A stretch of DNA of 64,000 nt from Octopus vulgaris (taxonomy: Eukaryota): contig OX597828.1 of NCBI GenBank assembly GCA_951406725.2, positions 19,220,001 through 19,284,000 on the forward strand. The letters are read 5' to 3'. The notes below the pieces were generated by a model. That model saw nothing but the letters and a program-made list of their open reading frames with translations, did no database searches and was not told the DNA's origin. Below are positions 1 to 12,551 of the stretch, one piece after another (positions within the stretch are counted from its first letter, which is position 1; each line of letters opens with the position of its first letter). The translations under genes and the position numbers were made by a program.

Positions 1-154
1 TGCAGAAATTTGTTGATGATTTATTCAAGACAATCTTAACTGTCGACAATGCATTGCCGCCAGTTGTGAAGTATCTTTTTGATTATTTGGACGAAGCAGC
101 TCTACAGTACAATATCACAGATGCTGAAGTTGTGCATACATGGAAAAGCAATAG
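1..154 (+). CDS. PlexB: Plexin (plexin-B-like) cytoplasmic RasGAP-like domain, internal exon (5' part outside window)
   Basis: Frame from 3 reads [50 protein letters not shown](S), a hallmark plexin motif; donor AG|GTAAGT at 154/155. B-type assignment is from recalled similarity to invertebrate PlexB. Confidence 0.93.
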
Positions 155-197
155 GTAAGTTTTGAATACACACAGTAGAACACAAATATGTTTAAAA

Positions 198-268
198 TTT
201 CCTACAGCTGTTTCAGTAGAGTTTTATTGATGTATTCATAGAACATAAATCCACCATCATCAGGTAAA
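198..268 (-). ncRNA. Degenerate minimal type I hammerhead ribozyme motif (Penelope-like remnant)
   Basis: Minus strand: CTGATGA-T-GGTGGA...TCTACT-GAAA-CAGCTG-TA-GGAAA; stem II pairs, palindromic stem III, imperfect stem I. Confidence 0.5.
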
Positions 269-762
269 GATTTTAAACTCATATAAACAGGCAAGGTGAA
301 ACCTCGATGACGACATATTCAAGAACAGACATTATGAATAATATCCAAAGAAATTATTACTAATATGATAAATTAAATAACTCATCATCATGTATCCCAA
401 GAGAGATGAAATTCTTTTTGTTTAAGTTTTTTTATACATGCAATGAATAAATTACTGTGAATATTGTTTTCTGCCAAACATTTTGTGTAAACACACCAGT
501 ACTGGTGACACATAAAAAGCACCAAGTCCACTCTGCAAAGTGGTTGGCATTAGGAAGGATAACCATTCCAAAGCAGACCTTGCCAGTAGTGGTGCCACAT
601 AAAAAGCCCCCACCCCACTCAGTAAAGTGGTTGGCATCCAGCTGTAAAAAAAAAACCATACCAAAGCAGACAGTGGAGCCTTGTGCAGTCCTCAGACTTA
701 CCACCTCCTGTGAAACCATCCAACATATGCCAACAGGGAAGACAGACATCAAATGATCTATG

Positions 763-987
763 CAAGCTGGCAGAAACGTTAGCACGCCAGGCGAAATGTG
801 TAGCCGTATTTTGTCTGCCGTTACGTTGTGAGTTCAAATTCCGCCGAGGTCGACTTTGCCTTTCATCCTTTCGGGGTCAATAAATTAAGTACCAGTTATG
901 CACTGGGGTCGATGTAATCGACTTAATCCCTTTGTCTGTCCTTGTTTGTCCCCTCTATGTTTAGCCCCTTGTGGGCAATAAAGAAAT
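763..987 (+). mobile_element. tRNA-derived SINE with Nin/Deu-like core (representative; many copies, e.g. 4020-4620, 15070-15490, 16130-16880, 24390-24770, 29995-30630, 33410-33620, 39450-39680)
   Basis: A/B-box-like head (AGCTGGCAGAA...GAGTTCAAATTCC) and core GTCGACTTTGCCTTTCATCCTTTCGGGGTCGATAAATTAAGTACCAG recurring on both strands. Confidence 0.8.
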
Positions 988-991
988 ATAT

Positions 992-1169
992 ATATTTGGA
1001 GAGAAGATTTTTTCTCAAGGAGTTAAGATTGAGAGAAGAACGTTTTTAGAAAGTCGAAAGGCACTATCCTTTAGGACTCTTCCCAAAGGTTAATGGTGCC
1101 TTTCAACTTTCTAAAAAAGGTTCTTTTCTCAATCTTAACTCTTTGAGAAAAAATCTTCTCTCCAAATAT
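992..1169. repeat. Fold-back inverted repeat (~80-bp arms) between TA-rich flanks
   Basis: ATATTTGGAGAGAAGATTTTTTCTCAAGGAGTTAAGATTGAGA... is the near-exact reverse complement of ...TCTCAATCTTAACTCTTTGAGAAAAAATCTTCTCTCCAAATAT. Confidence 0.8.
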
Positions 1170-1234
1170 TATAACTCTATCAAGGAATTTCCAAAACACT
1201 CCAAATATATATACATATATATATTCTGAGACCC

Positions 1235-1557
1235 CCTTCAGTCACAACACAGACCATGGGATTGCACCTAGAAAGTTACCCTCCCAGGCACAAGTCTGGG
1301 CAAGGTGGTTTTTTATAGAAGACCAGCAGTCACCCATGCATACCGGCCTCCCCTCTCCATGCCACCAGTGTTATCCAAGGGAAAGGCAACGGCCGATACA
1401 GCTTGGCACCAGTGACGTCGCAACTCATTTCTACAGCTGAGTGAACTGGAGCAACATGAACTAAAGTGTCTTGCTGAAGAACACAACACGCAGCCCGGTC
1501 CGGGATTCGAGCTGACAACCTCACGATTGTAAGCTTGATGCTCTAACCACTGAGGCA
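1235..1557 (-). mobile_element. tRNA-derived SINE, second family (also 34160-34410 and 38899-39220 on +)
   Basis: Minus-strand head GCCTCAGTGGTTAGAGCATC...GCTCGAATCCCGG followed by CAAGACACTT core. Confidence 0.7.
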
Positions 1558-1627
1558 TGCACCTTCACATACATACATATATATATATATCCTCTCATAT
1601 ATATATATATTTCCTTTTATCTTTCAG

Positions 1628-1775
1628 TTTACCTCTACGATTTTGGGTCAACATAATTAAAAATCCTGATTTTGTATATGATATCAACAAGCCCCATATT
1701 GTTGATTCCTGTCTATCTGTGATAGCACAAACCTTTATGGACAGCTGTTCAACAACAGAGCATCGACTTGGAAAG
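1628..1775 (+). CDS. PlexB: Plexin exon: (S)[49 protein letters not shown]
   Basis: Acceptor tttcAG at 1626-1627, donor GTAAGA at 1776; phase matches the previous exon; conserved [11 protein letters not shown] motif. Confidence 0.95.
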
Positions 1776-2836
1776 GTAAGAGCAGTAACTTATTAATACT
1801 TTAATCTAGACAAACTCATTTTGATTTCATACGTCCTGATGGTTAATTCTTCTCTCCACATCGAAAAGAAGATACTTCAGTCAAGGGTCAGCACCACTAT
1901 TCAATTACTCGATCTGGTGAAGTTAGCAGCTAAATATCCCTTAAGTAAAATCCTACCCTCTTTTAGGCCAAAAAAAAAGGTTGCAAAATATACTGTAATC
2001 TCTGGTACTGAAGATTTTTTACAAACTACAATGAAATGACCATGGATCTTTATCTTTTACTTTCTTTCAGTCATTGTACTGTGGCCATGCTGGGGCTCTA
2101 CCGTCAGACGGTTTTTAGTCTTGATCTCTTTTGCTGAGATCACTTAGCTAAGGGAACATAACCAAACCAACATTCGTTGTCAAGTGAGGGGGAACAAACA
2201 TACACTAACACTCACACACATACATACACGTATGCACATTTACATATGACAGTCTTCCATGCAGATTCTGTGTACCAAATTCATCCACAAGTTATTGGCT
2301 GGTCCAGGGGCTCTGGTAAAAGACACCTACCTGAGGTGCCACACGCTGAAACGGAAACCAATTCCACATGCTTACGAAGCAAACTTCTTGATCTCACAGC
2401 TATGCCTATGTCTATACTTTCAATCTTGTTAGTAAGGCAGTGAACTGATAGAATGGTTGACATGCCAAATATGATGCTTAGGTGCATTTTGTCCATTTCT
2501 ACAATTCTCTGTTCAAATTCTTCCAAGACCAACATTGCCCTTCAACTTTTCAGGGTCAATGAAAGAAGTACCAGTTGAGCACCAGGTTCGATGTAATCAA
2601 CTAACTCAAGGCCCCAAAATTTCAGGCCTTGTGCTTTTAGTAGAAAGAATTATTCAAGTGTCTCAATGGTGGGATGCACTCCTCCCACACTACAGAACCA
2701 GGTTCATTTCCTGGCTGATGCGCATTTGTTTTAGGGCAGCATGCTAGCAGAATTGTTAGAGGTCAGTGTAGCCAACTTACCCCTCCCCCCACCAAACATG
2801 CTGGCCTTGTGCCAAAATTTGAAGCTGTTATAATTA

Positions 2837-2883
<47 letters not shown>

Positions 2884-3117
2884 TTCATTACTAAAGACAG
2901 TGAGCTGGCAGAAAGGTTAGCACACCAAAACAATTGCTTAGCAGCATTTTGTCCGTCTTTATGTTCTGAGCTCAAATTCCGCTGAGGTTGGCTTTGTTTT
3001 TTCTTCCTTCCACACTCAATAAAACAAAAACCAGTTGAGCACTGGGATTGATGTAATTGACTTATCCCCATCTCCAAATCTGCTGGCCTCATGCCAAACT
3101 TTGAAATCATTATTGTT

Positions 3118-3158
<41 letters not shown>

Positions 3159-3200
3159 CATCATCATTATTATTGTTATTATTATGATTATTATTTCCAG

Positions 3201-3341
3201 GATTCACCATCAAATAAACTGCTGTATGCAAAAGATATTCCAAATTACAAGAAATTAGTTGAACGATATTATAATGACATATTGGAAATGCCGCCAGTCA
3301 GTGACCAAGATATGAATTCCTATTTAACAGAAGTCTCACAG
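3201..3341 (+). CDS. PlexB: Plexin exon: [47 protein letters not shown]
   Basis: ttccAG acceptor at 3199-3200, GT donor at 3342; 141 nt, phase 0; [14 protein letters not shown] plexin motif. Confidence 0.95.
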
Positions 3342-6300
3342 GTATATATGTTTCCAAAATATTTCGCTACCTTTAACCTTTTATTTGTTCCAGTCATAGG
3401 ACTGCAGCCATGCTGGGCCACTGTCTTGAAGGGGTTAGCTGACCAAATCAACCCCAATGTTTAATTTCTTTTTTTCTTTTTATTGGCTTCGTTTGCTGAA
3501 CTACTATGTTATGAAGATGAAGTGGTGGGGAGAGGGGCAAATACACACACACACACATAAGACAGGCTTCCGCACAGTTTCCTTCTACCAAATTCAGCCA
3601 CAAGGCACTGGTTGTCCTGTGGCTTTAGTAGAAGACACTTACCCAGGTTGCTACATGGTGGGATTGAACCCAAGACCACATGGTTGCAAAGCAAGCTGCT
3701 TAACCACTCACCCATGTCTGTGCCTATTCTTTGCTTGTTTCAGTCATTTAACTGTAGCCATGCTGGAGCACCATTTTGAAGGGTTTTTAGCTGTAGAAAT
3801 CGACCCCGGGACTTATTCTTTGTAAGCCAAGTACTTTTTCTTTTTTCCTTTTAGCCTGGTACTTATTTTATCGGTCTCTTTTGTTGAACCACTAAGGTAC
3901 GGGAACATAAACAAACCAGTGATGGCAGTGGGACAAACAGACACATACACACATATACACAACAGGTTTCTTTCAGTTTCTTATTTCTTTATTGCCCACA
4001 AGGGGCTAAACATATTATTAAGGCAGTGAACTGGCAGAATTGTTAGCACACTGGACAAAATGCTTAGTGGTATTTCGCCTGTCACTCCGTTCTGTGTTCA
4101 AATTCCACCAAGGTCGACTTTGCCTTTCATCTCTTCGGGGTCAATAAAATAAGTACCAGTTACACACTGAGGTTGATGTAATCGACTTAGTCCCTTCCCC
4201 GAAATTTGAGGCCTTGTCCTTCCAGTAGAAAGGATTATTATTATTTTTATTATCATTTAAGGAGGTAAGCTGGCAGAATTGTTAGCATGCTGGACATAAT
4301 TCTTAATGGTATTTCAACCATTGCGGGCAAAATGCGTAGCCATATTTCATCTGCCGTTACCTTCTGAGTTCAAATTTCGCCGAGGTCGCCTTTGCCTCTC
4401 ATCCTTTTGGGGTCGATTAAATAAGTACCAGTTATGCACTGGGGTCGATATAATCGACTTAATCCATGTGTCTGTCCTTGTTTGCCCTCTCTGTGTTTAG
4501 CCCCTTGTGGGTAGTAAAGAAATAGGTATTTCGACCGTTGCTACATTCTAAGTTCAAATTCCACCATCGTTGAATTTGCCTTTCATATTTTGGGGATTGA
4601 TAAAATAAGTACCAGTTGAACACGAAGGTGGTGGGTGGGGTGCGATGGACTGGGTTGGATTATAATATTTAATGTGACATGCAACACACATTACCATATT
4701 AGTATTGTATGCATGTTAGATATTCTCCAGCCATTGTGATGAAATTTGATATGGGCTATTTATGGACATGGTCAGTCTAAGACAGTAATGTTCAGTTGTT
4801 GCTATCTAGCATAGTAGGGGAACTGTACTGGAAAATAAACATTGCCAGACATCATGGTCCGTTGTCATTTCCTCCATGAGGCCCAATATCCTGAGATCGG
4901 TCCTTACCACTTCATCGTATGTCTTCCTAGGACTCCCTCTTCTGCGGGTATGATAACCATGAGATAATAATAGAACAACAGTAAGAGGGTTAGGATTATA
5001 ATAATACTGGAATGGAAATAAAAAATTAAAGTTAAAAATTAAGGATTAAAATGATTAAAAGAATAAAATAGAAAGAAAGAAAGAAAATTTTTAAAATTAT
5101 TTTAATTAATTTAAACCCATGGAAATATATATACACATAGATGCCAGTGCCGCCCAACTGGTGCCTGTACTGGTGGCACATAAAAAGCACCATCCAAACG
5201 TGATCAATACCAGTGCTGCCTGACTGGCTTCCATGCCAGTAGCATGTAAAATGCACCTACTACACTCTCAGAGTGGTTGGCATTAGGAAGGGCATCCAGC
5301 TGTAGAGACCTTACCAGATCAGATTGGAGCCTGATGCAGCCTACTGGCTTGCCAGTCCTCAGTCAAACTGTCCAACCCTTGCCAGGATGGAAAACAGACG
5401 TTAAATGATGATAATGATGATGATGATGATGATGACATACACATTTACGTGCACAAACACACACACACATATATGTACATATATACACATATATGCATGA
5501 ACAAACATGCACACATATAGCTATGAAATATAAAAACTTAAGTAAAATAGAATAAATTAATGTAAACTTTCAAACATTTTAATAACGAAATGAAGCTAAA
5601 TTAATTAAATAGAAAACCTATAAACACATGTAGAAAAAGAATATTAGGTAATTAACATTTATTGCTTGGGCATCACACCTGTCCCAACCTATGCCTGTCA
5701 CTATATTTAATAACATAGTGACAGGCATAGGTCAAGTTAACCCCTTGACAATGGTTGACACAAATATGCGATCACACTTTTGCTTGCCTACTCACAGTTA
5801 ATGTAAATATACGATGTAGAGCTGCCCTACATCTATCAAGGACTTTTTAGTGGCTGATGTACGTTTACGTTCGCTATCGTGTACTTTACCTCTTGAGGTG
5901 CGTGCACTCACCATCCCATGCATTATCTTAGCTATTTTAGGTTATGTTCAAGTCATGAGACTAGCAGTAGACCATTGACATGTGGATACTCTACATGCAT
6001 AATACCATGTTTTGAGTTGTACCACACGCAAGCTATTTTTTTAACTTGAGCAGAATAACTCGTGTATATCATATTATGATAAATAGCTTCACATAGTTCA
6101 TTTTCATAAACTGGTAGACGTAAATGTACACCGCTATGTTATTATATATTATATATATTATATATATATATATACATACTTTACATGACTTGCCAGCTTT
6201 CATTATATATATATATATTTATTTATTTATGCTTACTGAATCTCAGTTTGCAGTTGGGTATATCAGTCAAGGTCTTATGGATCCACTTTTGATTTTGGAA

Positions 6301-6632
6301 TACAGCTACGCCTCAACTAATGACGGAGCTCAGTTTTGACTGACAGGTCATATGTCGATCTGATCATATGTCGGATTTGTATTTTTTAGCACTACTTTCA
6401 TTCATGCAACTGATGTTTGAAAGTGACTGAGTGAGAGACAGTGACAAACAGTGGATGCCTGGGTCTGAAAGAGGCCTGCGTTGCCAGATGTTGCCATAGT
6501 TATCATGCGCTCAGCTGCCCAACATCTGAAAATCAATTTTTTAATTATTTTTTTTCATTGTTGTGGTTGTAAGTCAAGGAGAAGGTGAACTATGCTAGCC
6601 AGGATCTAGCACGATGTGCTAATGAGGCGACA

Positions 6633-6858
6633 CTGTAAATGTAATATGTGATAATTATTCGGTAGCCATGATAAAACTCTGAGTTTCGGATGTCGGGGTG
6701 GAGATCCACGCCACCATCTCTTCAGTTATCCAGCAATTAGGACATTTTTTCTGATGGCCGGATAACTGAAGAGATGGCGGCGTGGATTTCCACCGTGACA
6801 TCCGAAACTCAGAGTTTTATCATGGCTACCGAATAATTGTCACATATTATACATTTAC

Positions 6859-6860
<2 letters not shown>
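6633..6860. mobile_element. Palindromic Penelope-like pseudo-LTR remnant with one hammerhead motif per arm
   Basis: ~110-bp inverted arms abutting (TA)n; each arm carries GATAA-CTGAAGA-GATG...CATCC-GAAA-CTCAGAG-TT-TTATC. Confidence 0.7.
6761..6821 (+). ncRNA. Type I hammerhead ribozyme motif (mirror copy on minus strand at 6670-6730)
   Basis: Stem I GATAA/TTATC, intact CUGAAGA and GAAA cores, stem II closed by a GTGG-ATTT-CCAC hairpin, minimal stem III CTC-A-GAG, predicted cleavage after GUU at 6816. Confidence 0.7.
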
Positions 6861-6894
<34 letters not shown>

Positions 6895-7008
6895 TAGAGT
6901 AAGCACATAATGCAAAACAAGGTGGAAAAAATAGTTTTCAAATATGAAAGGTAGAGTGATATGTGTTTTATTGAAGCCAAAACCAATTCTACACACACTG
7001 TGATCACT

Positions 7009-7048
7009 ACTGTCCAAAGAATGGTAACATGAAACTCTGAGTAACAGT
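7009..7048 (+). ncRNA. Degenerate minimal hammerhead motif
   Basis: ACTGT-CCAAAGA-ATG(GTAA)CAT-GAAA-CTC(T)GAG-TA-ACAGT: all three stems pair, but the CUGANGA core is mutated to CCAAAGA. Confidence 0.5.
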
Positions 7049-7079
7049 TTTTGAAGAATTTTTCGGCTTTAATAAAAAG

Positions 7080-7133
<54 letters not shown>

Positions 7134-8246
7134 AAGATAGATGGATGGATGGATTGACGGACGAACGGACAGATGGATGTGTGTATTCTACAATGGGTTT
7201 TTCATGGTTTTGAAATATTATTTCAATAAAACATATCATAATACTATATTGTTATATTTCAGGATAGTCTTTGTTGTTTTTTTTTCTTTTTTTTAAATAA
7301 ACACATGCACTATTTGTTCATTCTTCTGAATTATTATTGTTCTTATTTTATTATCCTTTGTCTGGAAATCTTTTGTCACATATCCTGTGACCTCTTCACC
7401 AACTCTCCACCCCATGTGTCTCCTCTTGTTCTGTTTAGTCCATTCTCAGAATGTGTATGTGTTTATTTAGCAAAAAAATTTGTTAAATGACTATCTCGAA
7501 ATATAACAATATCTGTTTCAACATAGGATTTCACACCGAGAATCTTACAAAACAAACTCATAAATTTTATTGTGTCTGGGGAGAGTCATTCTCTTTTAGT
7601 GCCCTTTTATTTAACACACTCACTGGTTCGATTTCCACTCATTTACTTATTTATGCAAAAATGAAATTCATAACTGTAATATATATAATATTACTTTTTA
7701 AAAAAGAAAATGTAATATTCCCTTAAAATTCAATTAATCGCTCAGCCAAAGAAACTGGAGTCTGGTGCAGCCCTCAGCTTACCAGCCCTGGTCAAACCGT
7801 CCAGCCCATGCCAATATGGACAACGGTCATTAAATGATGATGAGGATTCAATCAACTGTTACAATTGATCAAGCAATTGCTTTTTTTATATTTTGTTTGG
7901 TATTGTTTTCCTTCATTTTTTCAATGAAATGTTTTTTGATAAAGTGTATTGTGATCAAGTGTCAACATAATGTCTTATCAATAGATTTCTTCATTCTATA
8001 TATATATATTCATCACACCCCTGATGAATTGACAAAGATAAAGTCATATTGTTAACCTTACTAAGGTGTATGATTAAATTATTTGAAAAGTTAAATGACT
8101 CATTAAAATATCATAGGAAGAAAGGTTAATGGCTTGTTTAAATTATATATATATACACACACTTGACATGACACGCCAGCTTTCAGCTTTCATTACCCAA
8201 ATCTACACTCTTAACTAAAGTTTAAAACACAAGAAATTATGATCTC

Positions 8247-8287
8247 TTGTGTGTGTGTGCATATATGTGTATATGTGTGTGTGTGTA

Positions 8288-8343
<56 letters not shown>

Positions 8344-8427
8344 GTGTGTGTGTGTATATATATATGTATATATATATATATATATGTATGTATATATACA
8401 TATATATATATATGATGATGATGATGA

Positions 8428-8469
<42 letters not shown>

Positions 8470-8476
8470 ATGATGA

Positions 8477-8521
<45 letters not shown>

Positions 8522-8570
8522 TAAATACATTTGCTCTATATGTGACCATGTGTATATATATATATATTGG
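8247..8570. repeat. Compound (TA)n/(TG)n/(GAT)n microsatellite (similar tracts at 8725-8790, 9070-9130, 9815-10150, 21235-21540, 48880-48940)
   Basis: Directly visible simple repeats; they account for the YIYI/HTHT ORFs. Confidence 0.95.
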
Positions 8571-8723
8571 TGGCATGTAAAAAGCACCATTCAAATGTTG
8601 GACAATGCCAGTGCCACCTGACTGGCACCTGTGCTGGTGGCAGGTAAAATGTATGCACTACAGCTCTAGAAACCATGCCAAATCAGCATGGAGAACAGAT
8701 GTTAAACAACAACGATGATGATG

Positions 8724-8790
<67 letters not shown>

Positions 8791-9085
8791 GTATTTGTAT
8801 ATGTATATGTATGAATGTATGAGAGTATTGTAGTTCGCTTGAAGCATTGTGTATTGTTTGTAAAGAATAAAAAGTTTTGAATGGTACAACAATACACTAT
8901 AATATAAACAATAGGCTATATACCTGTTGTAACTTAGTTATCCCTAGTCTGATAATATTTCAGAATAATATTCCTTCTTCAGATATTCTTAGATGGAGTC
9001 GCTGCTATAATCGGTTTTCTAACGACACATACTTATATATATTTGCATTTGTAGTATGTGTGACCACACATACATACATACATAT

Positions 9086-9134
<49 letters not shown>

Positions 9135-12100
9135 AAATACAGGATGTGTTTGTGTGTATGTGGGTAGATATAGGAACAAATAAACATATGTATGTATGCA
9201 TGTACATGCACATTTTATGCATGTGACAAATCGTTATAAAATTAATTTCAGTGTTTATATACAATATAAACACTGGACAGTAAATACCAAGCTCAGTATT
9301 TAGGGGCATCCCTTTACTTCCTGATGTGTTACCCTCACTGAGGTTGTCATCTTCAGGGCATGGGTATGGGTACACTGGGCAGATACCCAGGGGCTTTCAC
9401 TGGTCTAGGGGTCCAATTCTGATCTATATATCTTATGGCTTGCTGGCAATAAAAAAGGGCCCAGGGTACTGATTTGCATAAGGTCATATAAAGCTACTAA
9501 AATGGCCCTAGTCACCTTTAAACTTCCTCATCCCCAGAGTCAATAACACAAGCAGCATCCTAGTGTACCCCAAAGAGGCATGGAGTAACAGAATCTGTAA
9601 ATTGGTAGAGAATCTATATATTGCTGTAGTGGTGTATGGTATTCATAACTTTTGTATAGGCACAGGTGTGACTGTGTGGTAAGCTTGCTTCCCAACCTCA
9701 TGGTTCCAGGTTCAGTCCCACTGTGTGGCACCTTGGGCAAGTGTCTTCTACAATAGCCTCAGCTGATAAAGCCTTGTGAGTGGGTTTGGTAGATGGACAC
9801 CGAAAGAAGCCTATCGTGTGTGTATGTATGCATATATATACATACATATGTGTATGCATATCTATGTATATGTATATATATATATATGCATGAGCACACA
9901 TGTGCATGCACATTTCATGTGCACACATGCATAATCACACATGCACACATACACACACAAACATATGCAAACACACATGCAAACATGCACACACACGCAT
10001 GTATATACACACATACACATGCATACATGCACATGTACAAACACATGCATGCACATACTTGCACACATGCATGCCCGCATACATACACATGCACACACAT
10101 GCATATACACACACACATGCATGAACACTCACACACATACACACACACAGTGGGCTTCCACATACCTTCTTCCAAATTCACTTTTGCAGTTTCTGTTTTT
10201 CCAAATCCACTCATGAGACTTTGGTCAGCTGAGCAGCACTATAATAGAAGACACTTACCCAAAGTTCCACACAGTGGAACTGAACTCCAAACCTCATGGT
10301 TCAAAAGCAAGCTCTTCAACCACATAGCTACTCCTACACCTATGATTTTAATTAAGCATGATCAAAATTCAAACCTATTATAGAGAAGCCAGTTAGTGAC
10401 GAACTGTACCTGGGGCATAAATGGGTGACATCCGGTCATCTGACTGTTGAAACACTCTGAAACTCAAATACCATACTGGAGCAATCAGGGCCTATTGGTT
10501 GATAACCAAGACAGATGGAGGAAGGAGGTTATGTCTTCAACTGTGCCTTTGTGGCCTCCCTGCACAACAGTTTCATCATCATCATCGTTTAACATCCACT
10601 TTCCATGCTGGCATGGGTTGGACGATTTGACTGAGGACTGGTGAACCAGATGGCTGCACCAGGCTACAATCTGATCTGGCAGAGTTTCTACAGCTGGATG
10701 GCCTTCCTAACGCCAACCACTCTGAGAGTGTAGTGGGTGCTTTTACGTGCCACCAGCACAAGGACCAGTCTGGCAGTGCTGGCAATGAATATCATTAACT
10801 GATATTTATTTAAAACTGGTTCCCAACCAAGGTCCACGTGATTCTTAGGGTCCACATGACCCTCAGAGGTTTATATGACCCTTGGGGGTTTATATGACTA
10901 TTGAGGGTTCTCATAACTTTTGGAGATCCACATAACCCATTGGGGGTGGGGACGACATACGGTTTTGTTGCTAATATTCTTGTGCAATAAACTGATTATA
11001 TTTCTAGAATACAAAATATATTTCAACAAGTTTCTTAACTCAGTTCCTAATAATATTTAATTTCAAAAATATAATGGAATTTTTTTTTAAATATTGAATA
11101 GATAATGGGGTCCAGTAGAGCAAAATAGAAATCGAAGGGGTACAAAGGTAAAAATTGGTTGAGAACACTTGATTTAAATGATATTTTCCTTTGGTATATA
11201 TAAACACAACCTGCTCACCTGGCCAGCAGGGTGGCATCATTTGAAGGCTAAAACAATGCAAAAGCACATTGTGACCAGTGATGTATAACAACATCTGATA
11301 GCCTGGTCAGTCCTGTGGTCACAATTACATGCTCATGGTCACATGACATGTAAACACAACAAACCTTTATAACATGTTCACCTTACAAGAAATAACAGCA
11401 TGTAAATGATTGTTCAGTTGGGTAGAAATAGCAGCCAAATTTCCCTCAAATTACACTTTAATCTCTTTAGCATTGCTGAGAAATAGTTATTTTTCTACAT
11501 GGTTGCTCCACTTAGAATTAACAGATCAGAACCAAAAAAATCACATTAGATAGTGTTCTTCAGGAAAAAGACAAGAGAGTCACATTTGGAATGTCTTTGA
11601 TTATAGATTGACACAGTTGTAAGCCTACTGGCCGGTTATGGTTATAGTTACTTTGATCATAGGTTTGCCCACTCAGTTCTGGTTGGCCTGTGGTTAAACA
11701 ACAACAAGTAGGTTTTTATTCAAGTAAATCTACTCATCCTTGTTATCTTGCTTGCAAAAATTGCTGATGTATAGAAAATCAAAATCAATCGATATGTGCT
11801 ATGGACAATAGATCAATAAGATACTGAATATGGTGGATGCAGAAAACAATTTTTTATTTAGTAGTTGCTGATATTATTTAACTCCAAGTCAGTTCTAATC
11901 AAATAAACCTATTATACTCAGAGACAATCTATACTTGACCACCACCACCTTTTGTTTTGTTTATTTTACCAGACAAACTATATACCCTAGACATCATTAT
12001 CCAAACAGGTCTGCTCTAAATCCAATAGATACCGATATCTAACAAGTCTCCTTTAGCATTTAATCTGACCATATCCAGCCCAAATGTTCTTCTAGTTTTA

Positions 12101-12476
12101 CACTCAAACTGGCCACATCTGTCCTCTCACACTTACACTACAATGTCATTCTAAAATCAAACAATCACATCATCAAATTCTCAAAAAAAAAGTACAAGAT
12201 TAAAATACATGATTAATTCGAAAGTGTGAATAAATAAGTGTTACATTTGACAGAGTAATCTGAATGCTGAAGGGTTAGGTGGGGGCGAGGGGGGAATAAT
12301 GTGTGGTTTAGGGAAATTTAGCTGCTTTTTCTGCCATGTCAAGCAATTCCCTCACTAGCTTCTTTAAAATTGATGTATATAATAAAGGGAAGGAATTTTT
12401 TTAATTATTTTTTTTTTCTTTCTTGATAAATTTTTTCTGTTTTAATTTGATTTTATTTGTATGTATATTTTTTTAG

Positions 12477-12551
12477 ATGCCTACTGGAATGTTCTATGTT
12501 CCAAGTGCACTCGTTGAACTCTACAATTATATTTCTAAATATAATAAAGAG
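12477..12551 (+). CDS. PlexB: Plexin exon: MPTGMFYVPSALVELYNYISKYNKE
   Basis: Polypyrimidine tract plus AG at 12475-12476, GTAAGC donor at 12552; 75 nt, phase 0; matches plexin F..SAL.ELY.Y..KY pattern. Confidence 0.88.

Noticed and set aside
763-850. tRNA-like A/B boxes here and at many other sites
   Set aside because: They are SINE heads continuing into SINE cores, with no complete cloverleaf
992-1169. Hammerhead within this fold-back
   Set aside because: No convincing CUGANGA core in either arm
8014-8072. Hammerhead candidate ACACCC-CTGATGA...AAGGTGT
   Set aside because: No GAAA box at the required position; at best a dead relic
8211-10383. ORFs rich in YI/HT/CV
   Set aside because: Translations of dinucleotide microsatellites
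10828-10945. ~20-bp degenerate tandem repeat (GGTCCACATGACC-like)
   Set aside because: Short, decayed intronic minisatellite with no further structure
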